Below are positions 9,498-18,980 of a stretch of 64,000 nt of DNA, piece after piece. The number at the start of each line of letters is the position of its first letter. The stretch's first letter is position 1. The notes under the pieces were generated by a model, which saw only the letters and a program-made list of their open reading frames with translations, ran no database searches and was not told the origin of the DNA. Position numbers and translations under genes: made by a program. Source of the DNA: Chlamydiia bacterium (lineage in GTDB: Bacteria; Chlamydiota; Chlamydiia; Chlamydiales; RGXB01); the NCBI GenBank assembly GCA_040382515.1, contig JBEIFH010000005.1, positions 2,397 through 66,396 of the forward strand, in the 5' to 3' direction.

Positions 9498-10073
9498 TTA
9501 GCGCTTCTGCTCTTTCCAGTTCTCCCAATACTCCTCGCCATAGTTCACGCAAAGTTCGTCACCCTTTTTTACATTTTTTCTAGCGATGTAAATGACTCTT
9601 GGAAGCCCCTCGACAAATATCGTGACTGCTTCGACATTAGGATCGTCTGCGTGATTGATCGTTCGGGCAACATTACCACTGTAGCGGGCATCAAGGACAT
9701 AACCGGTCTCATCGTCCCCAACAGTAAGGTTGAAAATGTAGCGGTTATCGGGATGGATCTCTTTTTCATGTGTGATCAAGCCGATATATTCGCAAACAAA
9801 GCCCCCTTTTTTGATTGGCTCTTTTGCAAAAACACCATTACCGATGGTAGAATTCACCCAACGAATTTCTAAAGAGTGCGGCGGATTTTTTCCGAGAAAC
9901 TTTTTATATTTGGCAGCAAGATGGTTTTCTAGATCCCATTTCCCGCTAAATTTTCTCACCTGCTTTTTTAAGTTGAGAATGACCTTCAAACTACGCGGAT
10001 AGGGGCGATCCAATGGGAGAAAGGGTTCTTTTTTTAGAGCCTCTTTTGAATAGACGTGTAAACTCTTTCCCAT
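9498..10073 (-). CDS. SET-domain lysine methyltransferase (copy 2)
   Basis: GNGVFA, EYIG, GNVARTINHADDPN and ELCVNYG motifs. Confidence 0.93.
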   Translation of the reverse strand: MGKSLHVYSKEALKKEPFLPLDRPYPRSLKVILNLKKQVRKFSGKWDLENHLAAKYKKFLGKNPPHSLEIRWVNSTIGNGVFAKEPIKKGGFVCEYIGLITHEKEIHPDNRYIFNLTVGDDETGYVLDARYSGNVARTINHADDPNVEAVTIFVEGLPRVIYIARKNVKKGDELCVNYGEEYWENWKEQKR

Positions 10074-10140
10074 TTCCTTACCTTTGAATGCTTATAAAGA
10101 CAATCAGTAGCAGATCTTGCCAACCTTTGCAAGAAAGATT

Positions 10141-10719
10141 TTACTCCCAATAATAGGGGCCGTAGTCGACGGTAAGTTCCTCATCTTTTTCGATTCTACG
10201 GTTTGTGAAAAAAATGATTCTGGGCAGGTTGTCGATCAAAAGCCATCGGGAAATCAAATTAGGATCATCACTATGATTGATAAACCTCGTGTGGTTCCCC
10301 TGTTTTTCTCCATCAATCACATAGCCGGTATCAAAAGTATCGATTGCATATTCGAAAATGTAACTATTGTCCCGGTCTTTTTTACGGTCCCTTTTTTTTA
10401 CAATTCCCGTATATTCCCCTACACACGTCATCTCGGGCAACACCTGGTTGGCAAAAAGACCTGCCCCTTTTAGCTCATCGATTTCGCGCACACTCATTTT
10501 TTGTCGAATTCCCGACAGTTCCCTTTTAAATAGGGCCAAGTTCCAGCGATTGAATTGCCTGAAATTTGGATCTGACAATCGCTTCTCCCCCTTTTTTTGG
10601 ATCCAAATCTGGTCAACACTTTCATCATAGACTAGTTGATCCAGATAGTTGAATTTATAGAATTCGCTCAAAGAGGCGCTCTCGTCTGGGATTAAAAAAT
10701 CCCGAGCAGTTTCCACCAT
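10141..10719 (-). CDS. SET-domain lysine methyltransferase (copy 1)
   Basis: GAGLFA, EYTG, GNHTRFINHSDDPN and ELTVDYG motifs. Start placed at ATG 10719, overlapping the DASS gene end. Confidence 0.93.
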   Translation of the reverse strand: MVETARDFLIPDESASLSEFYKFNYLDQLVYDESVDQIWIQKKGEKRLSDPNFRQFNRWNLALFKRELSGIRQKMSVREIDELKGAGLFANQVLPEMTCVGEYTGIVKKRDRKKDRDNSYIFEYAIDTFDTGYVIDGEKQGNHTRFINHSDDPNLISRWLLIDNLPRIIFFTNRRIEKDEELTVDYGPYYWE

Positions 10720-12128
10720 AGCCCCCCTACTAATCCCCAAATCAAAATATTGAGCACACTCATGGCAAATCCAATTTTCCACCAATCGGCGATTTTTACA
10801 AAATTAGCTCCGTAAAGGATAGGTGCAGGCCCCGACCCGAAATGGGTAAGAGAACCAAAAAGAGAGCTTGTAAAACCAAACACTAGTGCGGTCAGTTTTG
10901 CAGGGGCCCCTAAGTTTACCGCCACAACGAAGAAAGGGAGTAAAAGCGCTCCTATGTGGGCAAGGTTGCTTGCAAAAAAATAGTGTGCGTAAAAATAAAT
11001 GAGCGCCAGGGTCATTAGTCCCCAACCCCATGAAACGCCTATAAAATGCCCCTTAACTACCAATCCAAACCAATCTGCAAGACCAAATTTCGTGATGTAG
11101 CCGGCCAACGTCAAAAGGGTCGCAAACCAGATCAGCGTGTCCCAAGCCCCTTTCTCTTTAAGGACGTCCTCCCATGTGAGGACTTGCAAGACTAAAAGGA
11201 GAGCTAAACCAATAAGCGCTGTGAGCGTTGCCGAGAGCCAGGCGCTTCCAATTGACCAAAGAAAAACTAAAATAAAAAAAACACCCAGCATAGCTAGTTC
11301 GTCCCCTTTAATTCCTCCCATAGCAATCAATTCATCGCTTGACTTTTGGGGAGCTTGGGGCGTCTCTTTTAATTCGGGGGGATAAATCTTGTGTAAAAGG
11401 TAAGGGATAGCCAAAAGACTTAAGAGACCGGGGACTATGGCAGCTATCGCCCACTCGGTCCAGGAGATTTGAACCCCATAAGGTTTTACAAAATTCAGCA
11501 CCATCGGGTTTCCGGCCATCGCAGTTAAAAACATCGCACTTGTGACGGTGCCCGACTGAAAAATTGTCTGAATCAAGAAAGCTCCAATGCGCCTGGGGCT
11601 ATGGTCGGGATCGCTCCCAAAAGCTTTAGCAATCGATAAGACAACCGGATAGACTATCCCCCCTATTCTTGCTGTCACACTGGGTATAGCGGGGGCCAGT
11701 AACAAATCTGTCAAGGCCATCCCATAGGCGATCCCAAGACTGTTTTTTCCCATCGCTTTAATCAAAATATGCGCCAGCCTTAATCCAAGCCCGGTTTTAA
11801 TAAAACCTCTGGCTATAAAAAAAGCCGAGGCAATCAACCAAACCACCGGATTCGAAAAACCGATAAACGTCTCCTCAAAAGTGAGCACACTTGTGAGGGG
11901 AAGAACCAAGAGCGAAAAGATACAAATGGCACCTGATGGGAGGGGTTTAAGGATCACTCCTAAAACTGTGAATAAAAATACACCAAACACTTTCATCCCC
12001 CTCGGATCGGTGCCTAAAGGTTCGGGCAAATGCCAGAATATCCCTCCAATAAGTATACAGAAAATAAGTTTCAAAAGATCTGTGGTATGTTGCCGCCGTA
12101 AAAAAAGGGGCTTTGTGAGCGTGGACAT
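10692..12128 (-). CDS. DASS family dicarboxylate/anion transporter (2-oxoglutarate/malate translocator type)
   Basis: Many TMs; KTGLGLRLA, PSVTARIGG, SAMFLTAMAGN and AHYFFAS motifs of the CitT/YbhI subgroup. Confidence 0.93.
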   Translation of the reverse strand: MSTLTKPLFLRRQHTTDLLKLIFCILIGGIFWHLPEPLGTDPRGMKVFGVFLFTVLGVILKPLPSGAICIFSLLVLPLTSVLTFEETFIGFSNPVVWLIASAFFIARGFIKTGLGLRLAHILIKAMGKNSLGIAYGMALTDLLLAPAIPSVTARIGGIVYPVVLSIAKAFGSDPDHSPRRIGAFLIQTIFQSGTVTSAMFLTAMAGNPMVLNFVKPYGVQISWTEWAIAAIVPGLLSLLAIPYLLHKIYPPELKETPQAPQKSSDELIAMGGIKGDELAMLGVFFILVFLWSIGSAWLSATLTALIGLALLLVLQVLTWEDVLKEKGAWDTLIWFATLLTLAGYITKFGLADWFGLVVKGHFIGVSWGWGLMTLALIYFYAHYFFASNLAHIGALLLPFFVVAVNLGAPAKLTALVFGFTSSLFGSLTHFGSGPAPILYGANFVKIADWWKIGFAMSVLNILIWGLVGGLWWKLLGIF

Positions 12129-12187
12129 GCGTATCTATTTGTTGTTCTTGGATTAGTTTAACAAAATTGGGGGAAAATGGAAATAAA

Positions 12188-14080
12188 TTAGACCTCCATC
12201 CCTTTAAAGGCGGCTTCATTATCTTGGCTTGGCATTTGCAAAACAACATATCCGCTATTTTCGCCCGATAGAGAATTAGAAGTTTGAGAAACCGGAGGCA
12301 GATTGAGGCGCACCGGATCAGACGCACCTTGCAAGCCGGTTTGGGACGTTTCACTGCGGCCAGGAGCAAATACTAGACTGCTCTCAAGTCTAAAATTTCC
12401 GGCCTCTAAAACCTGCGACGATTCCCCTCCATGTTGAACAAGTTGCAAAATTGTGTCAGAGGAGTTGCTTGGACGGCGCGAACTCGATTGACTTAAGGAA
12501 CCTATTGTTTCGCTGCGCACATGCCTGACGATCCCTTGTCGTGAAGTAGTAGGAGGCAGTATTTCTTGCCCCAAATCTCGGCTTGCAGAATCTCTTGTCC
12601 TCGGCGTATCCCTATTTTGGGGGTATTGTTGGATCCCAGGATCCCATTCCAATCCTCCAAAAACTGTAAATGTCTGTGAAGAGATAACGGACCCTACACT
12701 TCGGACCTCCTCCGATGAAAAGAACCCGCGCCCGGACCCGTAGGGCTGTAGGATCGTTTGTGAGCGGTATTCCCCGATTGACTGATCACGACCTTTAGAG
12801 GACTGGATACTTTGAATAGATCCGTTCGATCCCGATCGATATCCTCCTTGCACCCGATGCTCTGCATGTCGACGTACTGAGCCGGCTAAAGATACCGATT
12901 CGAGCGCATCTTCATCGGATGTAAAACTTTCTGAAAGGGCCTCCCCCGAGAGGTTTTGCGAGTTTATAGAGCGCGCATCCTCGTTCTGAAAAGATTGGGG
13001 AAACACCCCTGCACCCTGAATAGACCTTCCGTTTCGAAGAACTTCTGAATTTGCCGTCAAAAATCGCGGTTGGGAGGTTTCAACTTTAGGGCCCTGCACT
13101 GATTCTCTTTTTCCCAACAACTCTTGCGATCTCTCCAGAATTTTTTTGCGATTCAAAATAATATGGGCCCACTGCTTGAAGACAAACTTCAATTTTTCTT
13201 TGTTTTCTAAAAGCATGAAGCGATTATGCCTGTAGATTTTTGACATTCTGTTTGAAAGGACGACCGCTTGGTACCATCTATTGTAAAGTCTCCTCTTGAT
13301 ATTTATCGGATTTTTACGGTCAAAAATAACCCGGAATCGCTCCTGAATGAGATCCTTTGCCCCATCCTCGATGGCAGAGGCCAACTGTTTTTTTAAGTTT
13401 TTAGCAAGATCCCCTTGTATTTTTACATCCGGCATCCCTTTAAGGAGTTTTACCGCATCTTTGCAATTAGATCTTGGATCGATTGCGGAAGGGACCTGAT
13501 TTTTGAGGGCGCTGATGGATCGAAAAACATTGTAAATTGCGGCAGCCTCCTCGATCTTTTGACATTTTATCTCCACATCTTTTAGCATCCCCAAAAATTT
13601 TTCTCTTTCTAGCTTCTGCTTGTTTCTATAATCAGTAGCTGCCGATAGAACTTTAGATACCATCACAAGAGCCGCCGTAAACCCTTTCGGTACATCGGTC
13701 TCTCCAAGAAATTTACTCGCCGTATCGGAGGTCTCCATAATAATCAGAGCAACTGCAACAAAAGCTGCCAAATAATCGACCCCCCTAAACGTCCAATCCG
13801 CAACTTGCTGCTTTGTAAATCTTGTCCCACAAAAAAGGGGGTCTTTTTTATTTAGGAATTGCTCAACTGTGGTCTGCACCTCCCTTAGCTTTTGGATGTT
13901 CCTCTCCAAAACAGCTAGAGGAGACTGGATCACCGCAACCATTTCCGTAGTTTCTTTTGACTCAAAGTTTTGTCCGACACTGATCACCGTCTCATCGATC
14001 GCTTTTACAGCAAAATCGCATTGGTTGATCAGTTCTTCGACAGGAAAACGGCCTGCTGAGCTTCTAACCTTGAATGGCAT
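12188..14080 (-). CDS. Hypothetical protein with paired hydrophobic segments, coiled coil and Ser-rich disordered tail (Inc-like)
   Basis: 630-aa ORF; YLAAFVAVALIIM and FTAALVMVSKVLSAA segments; long S/G/Q-rich C-terminus. Confidence 0.75.
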   Translation of the reverse strand: MPFKVRSSAGRFPVEELINQCDFAVKAIDETVISVGQNFESKETTEMVAVIQSPLAVLERNIQKLREVQTTVEQFLNKKDPLFCGTRFTKQQVADWTFRGVDYLAAFVAVALIIMETSDTASKFLGETDVPKGFTAALVMVSKVLSAATDYRNKQKLEREKFLGMLKDVEIKCQKIEEAAAIYNVFRSISALKNQVPSAIDPRSNCKDAVKLLKGMPDVKIQGDLAKNLKKQLASAIEDGAKDLIQERFRVIFDRKNPINIKRRLYNRWYQAVVLSNRMSKIYRHNRFMLLENKEKLKFVFKQWAHIILNRKKILERSQELLGKRESVQGPKVETSQPRFLTANSEVLRNGRSIQGAGVFPQSFQNEDARSINSQNLSGEALSESFTSDEDALESVSLAGSVRRHAEHRVQGGYRSGSNGSIQSIQSSKGRDQSIGEYRSQTILQPYGSGRGFFSSEEVRSVGSVISSQTFTVFGGLEWDPGIQQYPQNRDTPRTRDSASRDLGQEILPPTTSRQGIVRHVRSETIGSLSQSSSRRPSNSSDTILQLVQHGGESSQVLEAGNFRLESSLVFAPGRSETSQTGLQGASDPVRLNLPPVSQTSNSLSGENSGYVVLQMPSQDNEAAFKGMEV

Positions 14081-14134
14081 CGATAGATCCCTCTGTTCAT
14101 TTTAAATAAAAATTTAACAGAGTATAAATTTTTT

Positions 14135-15343
14135 TTAAAGAGAAAATTCTGTTTCGAAAAAAATCTTTAACTGCCGCTCCCCCTGCCTTAAAAAAGCTTC
14201 TCTTCCGCTTATGAAATAAGTCGATTTCTCATAATAGGGGTCATGAAAAACTTTCATATCCAAAACAGCCGCCCCCTCTTTAAAAGGGAGTCTTAGCCCT
14301 GTCACAGGCAAAGTGTCTATGACAAGATCAAACTCAGGCAGCAGCTCCTCCAGAAGAAAAACCGGGACACCGCAGCTCTCTTCAAAAGCCTTTTTTTTAT
14401 GAGGATCACGTAAAAAAACGTGCACCAACGACTCTTTTTTTAAAAAATTGGCAAACGCTTTAGCAACGCCCCCTCCCCCTAGAATGGCGACTCTCTTCCC
14501 TTTGAAATCATAGTCGTTGAGAATCTCTATGTCCGTATTGAAACCCTTCCCTTTATAGTAGGTATTTACCGTTTGGCAGAGTTTGGCGCTTGCATCTAAT
14601 TCTTTACAAAACTCTACACTCGCCTCTTTAAATGGCATCGTAATGGAAAACCCCTGAAAATAGGGGGAGTCCAATAGTTTCTTAAGCTCAGAGGTCTCAA
14701 TCACTAAATTCAGATACAAGGCGTCGATCGCTTTTTTTGCAAAAAGGGGATTGTAAAGTTTGTAGCCAATTGATTTAGGACTCTCTTCCCCCTTTAGCAA
14801 TCCAAAAAGAGCTGTGTCTCTATGCAGCCTTGAAATTTGATAGATATCCTTCAACTCATCAAAAGGTATTTGACCATGGAACCCCTCTTTAGAAGTGTAA
14901 ATCCAGCGCGCACCGAAAATATAACTCAAGAGCCTCGTAGCCTGGCACCTTTCCCCTCTTGCAAAAAGGATCAGCTTTTGGGGATAGATGGAAAATAGGG
15001 GGATCAAATCAAGATAATCTCCCATACGAATGGAATCGAAACAGCACTTAATGATATAAGGGCACTCTTTTGACATGATCTCTAAAAGCTCTGTCACATG
15101 CTCTTTAGAAACAAAAGTGCCATGATACGAATAAATCCATTTTGTGTTTGGAAAATTCTGATGATAGGGCCCTAACTTGTTCGGATAGGAGACATCGACA
15201 TACGGGGCATTTTGGTGAGGTGGCTGATTTGTTAAAAGGTAAGGGTTTTTATGCTCGGTTCGTGTCGTTCGATCCGGCCTGAGTTCGATAATATCGGCCC
15301 CCTCCACCTCCTCCTCATCCGTTTGAAGAGTATAGACAATCAT
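14135..15343 (-). CDS. aroDE: Bifunctional type I 3-dehydroquinate dehydratase / shikimate dehydrogenase
   Basis: ADIIELRPD and SYH in the N-terminal domain; SITMPFKE, TVNT, NTD and ILGGGGVA in the C-terminal domain; last gene of the aro operon. Confidence 0.85.
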   Translation of the reverse strand: MIVYTLQTDEEEVEGADIIELRPDRTTRTEHKNPYLLTNQPPHQNAPYVDVSYPNKLGPYHQNFPNTKWIYSYHGTFVSKEHVTELLEIMSKECPYIIKCCFDSIRMGDYLDLIPLFSIYPQKLILFARGERCQATRLLSYIFGARWIYTSKEGFHGQIPFDELKDIYQISRLHRDTALFGLLKGEESPKSIGYKLYNPLFAKKAIDALYLNLVIETSELKKLLDSPYFQGFSITMPFKEASVEFCKELDASAKLCQTVNTYYKGKGFNTDIEILNDYDFKGKRVAILGGGGVAKAFANFLKKESLVHVFLRDPHKKKAFEESCGVPVFLLEELLPEFDLVIDTLPVTGLRLPFKEGAAVLDMKVFHDPYYEKSTYFISGREAFLRQGERQLKIFFETEFSL

Positions 15344-16308
15344 CCTGCATCACCTCCTCGACAATCTCCATCACATGCTCATAGGGAAAAAAAACCAGAA
15401 AATCTCCCATTCTATGATGGATCACATTCGAAAATGCAATGTCGCAGGGGCGATTTTTTTTTATCTCTTTGTAGAATTTTCCCAAATTTCGCACTATCAA
15501 CTCGGGGAAAGGGTTTTTTAAATGGCAAAAAAGCGGCAATTTTTTCCTGAAGCCATGTCGGAAACCCCAAAATAGCCATCTCCACTCTTATGCCGTGTTG
15601 GACCGCCTCCCCGTGCGTTATGGAAAAATCCATGGATGCCTCCAGGGCGTGCCCGATCGTATGTCCAAAATTCAAAAGATATCGGATCCCTTTTTCATGG
15701 GGATCCTCATCAACAATTTGCCGCTTCAAATCTCTGGCCTTTTCGATACTTTTTTCTGAGAGGGGATATTCTAAACCTCGTAAAAAGTCCTCGTGGATTT
15801 TTGGGTCGATAAAATCCCCTTTATTGAGATGGCAATTCTTAAAGCTGTGAACCACTGCTATTTTTATAACCTCAACATACCCCGACAGTAGCTGCTCCTC
15901 AGGCAAAGTCGTTAGAAAAGCGGTATCGATAACCGTTTTTTTGGGCAAGTAGGTGGTCCCGATGCTATTTTTTAAAAAAGGGCGGTTGATCCCATTTTTA
16001 CCCCCGACCGATGCGTCAACCATCCCAAGTAGAGTCGTAGGAACGAATACAACGTCGACCCCTCTCATGTAGGTGGAAGCGACAAATCCTACGAGATCTA
16101 ATAGCGCACCGCCCCCAACACCCACAAGGAGGTCCGATTTTTTGAAATCGTTGTCGATCAAAAAATCGACGATTTTGAGATACATGTCCCAGGACTTGTC
16201 TTTTTCTTCACCGTCCATTTCATATAGCACCCCTTCTATACCATAAAAGTGGAGCCTTGGGAGATGGGATAGAACAGATTTGGCATAAATAATTATTTGG
16301 CGTGGCAT
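15315..16308 (-). CDS. aroB: 3-dehydroquinate synthase, with apparent +1 frameshift at the A9 run (15454-15462)
   Basis: GGGALLDLVGF, PTTLLGMVDASVGGKNG, LNFGHTIGHALE and HGEAV motifs. The uncorrected frame stops at 15412; a plausible C-terminus (DKKNR...IAF) continues in another frame to 15315. Confidence 0.9.
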
Positions 16309-17393
16309 GCAACGTCTCTTTTCAAATGCAGTTGCGTTTTGTGCAACAAAAAAAAGTCCATCAAAGTGATCCATAACATGGATTCGACTACTATGCGCGC
16401 TCTTGGGGCTAGCAACGGATCATGACGACCGTTTATAGTCAGAGTTTTTCCTTGTGAAATTTGTTGCTTTCCCACAGACGAAGGGGGTTTAAAAAAGAGC
16501 TCCCCAAATATCGGCTCTCCGGTGGAGATACCTCCCAAAATACCGGCCATATCATTTTTTATCGGACGTATAGATCCGTTTTTTTCAACGTAGGGATCGT
16601 TGAATTCGGAACCTGTTTTCGTTTGAAGGGTGTTGATGTCCCCCAAAATAAATCCTTTTGCAGCAGGGATGCTCATCAGCGCATCGGCTAACTTATTTGT
16701 AAGTTTATTGTACACAGGCTCGCCCAGCGATTGGAGCATCGGGTCGATTCTAAAACAGACGGAACTCGAGAGGGAATCTTTTTTTTCCATCGCCTTCTCC
16801 AATAAAATACGCCAGTCGGCACTTGTAGAGGGTTCATGACAACCGAAAGGATCGTTAAGGACACGCTCTCTAGCGCTAGGGAGCGGATCCAAATACTCAG
16901 GGGCACGTACATTCTGGATCTGCCGTACATCTGCTAAAAGATCGATGTCATAATTTCGCAAAATCTGTTTGGCAATCGAGCCTGCAACTACCCTGCAGAG
17001 GGTTTCTCGTGCCGAAGCCCTTCCCCCTCCCCTTAAATCGGCATGCCCATATTTTTCCAAATAGGTAAAATCGGCATGACCCGGTCTGAGCTGTTCCTTT
17101 AAAAAATCGTAGTCTTTGGATCTTTGATCCCGATTCGGTACAAAAAAAGCAATCGGAGCGCCCGTTGTGAAACCTTCGTAAATTCCGGCAAGGATTTCCA
17201 CTTGGTCTAGCTCCTTTCTTTGAGAAGAAAAAAGGGAGCGTCCGGGCGCCCTTAGGTCCAAATCTCTTTGAATCTCCTCATGAACAATTTTGAAACCGCT
17301 TGGCACCCCGTCGATGATCCCGACATATCCAGGCCCATGAGATTCACCCGCCGTCGTTAAAGTGTACAGCCGGCCGATTGCATTGCTTCCCAT
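16293..17393 (-). CDS. aroC: Chorismate synthase
   Basis: GESHG, RPGHAD, GGGRASARET, GGISTG and GRHDP motifs. Confidence 0.97.
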   Translation of the reverse strand: MGSNAIGRLYTLTTAGESHGPGYVGIIDGVPSGFKIVHEEIQRDLDLRAPGRSLFSSQRKELDQVEILAGIYEGFTTGAPIAFFVPNRDQRSKDYDFLKEQLRPGHADFTYLEKYGHADLRGGGRASARETLCRVVAGSIAKQILRNYDIDLLADVRQIQNVRAPEYLDPLPSARERVLNDPFGCHEPSTSADWRILLEKAMEKKDSLSSSVCFRIDPMLQSLGEPVYNKLTNKLADALMSIPAAKGFILGDINTLQTKTGSEFNDPYVEKNGSIRPIKNDMAGILGGISTGEPIFGELFFKPPSSVGKQQISQGKTLTINGRHDPLLAPRARIVVESMLWITLMDFFLLHKTQLHLKRDVACHAK

Positions 17394-17845
17394 AGTGTAT
17401 CAGTATCCATTTTCCTATCTATACCTGTCAATTCTACAGTGATCTGGGCATTAGAGGCATACCCTTTTTCTCTTTCGGTCAACCAAATTTCAAAATCGAC
17501 CCCTCTAAGGTAGGGCGCAGTAAAATCGATACGCTCTTTTAAAACTTCTTTGGGAATGCGTATCCAAATTGTAGTGTAACAGGGGGGATTTTTTTTTATA
17601 GGGGCCCCTCCCCCTAAAGAAATCAGGTGTGGATTTTGTAAAAGAAGCTCCTGAAAGGCCTCCAGTTCTTTTTTACGAAACACACTCTCCCCATATTCGT
17701 TAAAAAGAGAACGGACTTTTGTCTGATATTTTGTTTCAAGATAGTGGTCAAGATCTGCAAAATTCAGGTTTTTTTGGTCTGATAACAATTTTACCAAAGT
17801 CGTCTTTCCCGATTTCGGCAGCCCAATCAGGACAAAAGGTTTCAA
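17357..17845 (-). CDS. aroK: Shikimate kinase
   Basis: P-loop GLPKSGKTT, DLD, GESVFR..E and SLGGG. Start placed at TTG 17845 (uncertain). Confidence 0.9.
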   Translation of the reverse strand: MKPFVLIGLPKSGKTTLVKLLSDQKNLNFADLDHYLETKYQTKVRSLFNEYGESVFRKKELEAFQELLLQNPHLISLGGGAPIKKNPPCYTTIWIRIPKEVLKERIDFTAPYLRGVDFEIWLTEREKGYASNAQITVELTGIDRKMDTDTLWEAMQSAGCTL

Positions 17846-18917
17846 AAAAGGAGGGGAAGGATTTAGAGACACAATGTACACTCTCGATTGTTGTTGTTCC
17901 TGTTGCGCCGATTGCCGCAACTGCCAAGCTCATGGCGACTCTGTGGTCGTTATGGGAAAAAAGGGGCGCACCTTTTAGAGGTTCCGGGGTGATTTCGATC
18001 CAATCCGCTGCTTCGTTTATGCGAATACAAGCCCCCATCTTAACCAATTCATTACGCATTGAAAATGGTCGGTCTGACTCTTTTTGTCTTGCCACGTGGA
18101 TCTTATGGAGTTTTGTGGGCCCCTTTCCATAAAGGGCAAGAACCATAAGAATGGGAAGTAAATCAGGGGTATCCTCAATCGAACACTCTGATTGTTTCAA
18201 TAGCGAAAAAAGGGCTTTATCACCTTGCGCGTCAGAAAAATCACATTTTTCAAGATCTAATTCGGTATTCAAAATTTTCGAAACAGCTACTAGAAACGCA
18301 AGGGAACTGAAATCCATGGGGATTGTTTTTTGAAAAGGGTCTATCATGACCTTTTTGGGTATATGGAACGTTTCATAGTTGCAATTTTCAATATTGGCCT
18401 GAAAACGGTTCAGCCATCCCAAGGTGATTTCCACGTAAGGTTTCTCGCACGGGTTTTTTACGTGAATCGTACTCTTTCCCTCACATTGGGATAATGCAAT
18501 CAAAAGCGCTGAAACATGTTGGGAATTCGTCCCGTCCAATTCGACCGAGCCGGGGTGCAATGGGCCCTCTATTTCAAGCGGGGCAAATCCCACGTTTTCC
18601 AAATACGTGATTTTAACTCCAAGGGAACGTAAAGCCTCTACCAGAGGGGCTACCGGTCTAAGGGTTCTGATCGAAGCATCGCCCGTGATAACCGTTTTTT
18701 TTCCCCTTAAAGAGGCAAGAGCCATGTAAAAATGGAGCGCAAGTCCCGAATTGCGCACATCAACCGCATCCAGATCCCCCCAGATGCGTAGATTTTTTTT
18801 GAAATCTTCCACTTCCGGAGCTTGTAAAGTATTTTCTATAATACACTCTTTTTTTGAGAGGTGTTCGAAAAGTAGGGCTCTCATTGTGTGTGACTTGGAG
18901 GGGGGAATCTTCATCAA
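17748..18917 (-). CDS. aroA: 3-phosphoshikimate 1-carboxyvinyltransferase (EPSP synthase)
   Basis: PPSKS..R, SQHVSALL, KESDR, DHRVAMS and KSFPSFF motifs. Confidence 0.95.
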   Translation of the reverse strand: MMKIPPSKSHTMRALLFEHLSKKECIIENTLQAPEVEDFKKNLRIWGDLDAVDVRNSGLALHFYMALASLRGKKTVITGDASIRTLRPVAPLVEALRSLGVKITYLENVGFAPLEIEGPLHPGSVELDGTNSQHVSALLIALSQCEGKSTIHVKNPCEKPYVEITLGWLNRFQANIENCNYETFHIPKKVMIDPFQKTIPMDFSSLAFLVAVSKILNTELDLEKCDFSDAQGDKALFSLLKQSECSIEDTPDLLPILMVLALYGKGPTKLHKIHVARQKESDRPFSMRNELVKMGACIRINEAADWIEITPEPLKGAPLFSHNDHRVAMSLAVAAIGATGTTTIESVHCVSKSFPSFFETFCPDWAAEIGKDDFGKIVIRPKKPEFCRS

Positions 18918-18980
18918 ATAAACATGCCATATCCCGCATTTTCTTTCAAAAAATAGAGTGGTCCTGTAAAATGCTCTATT

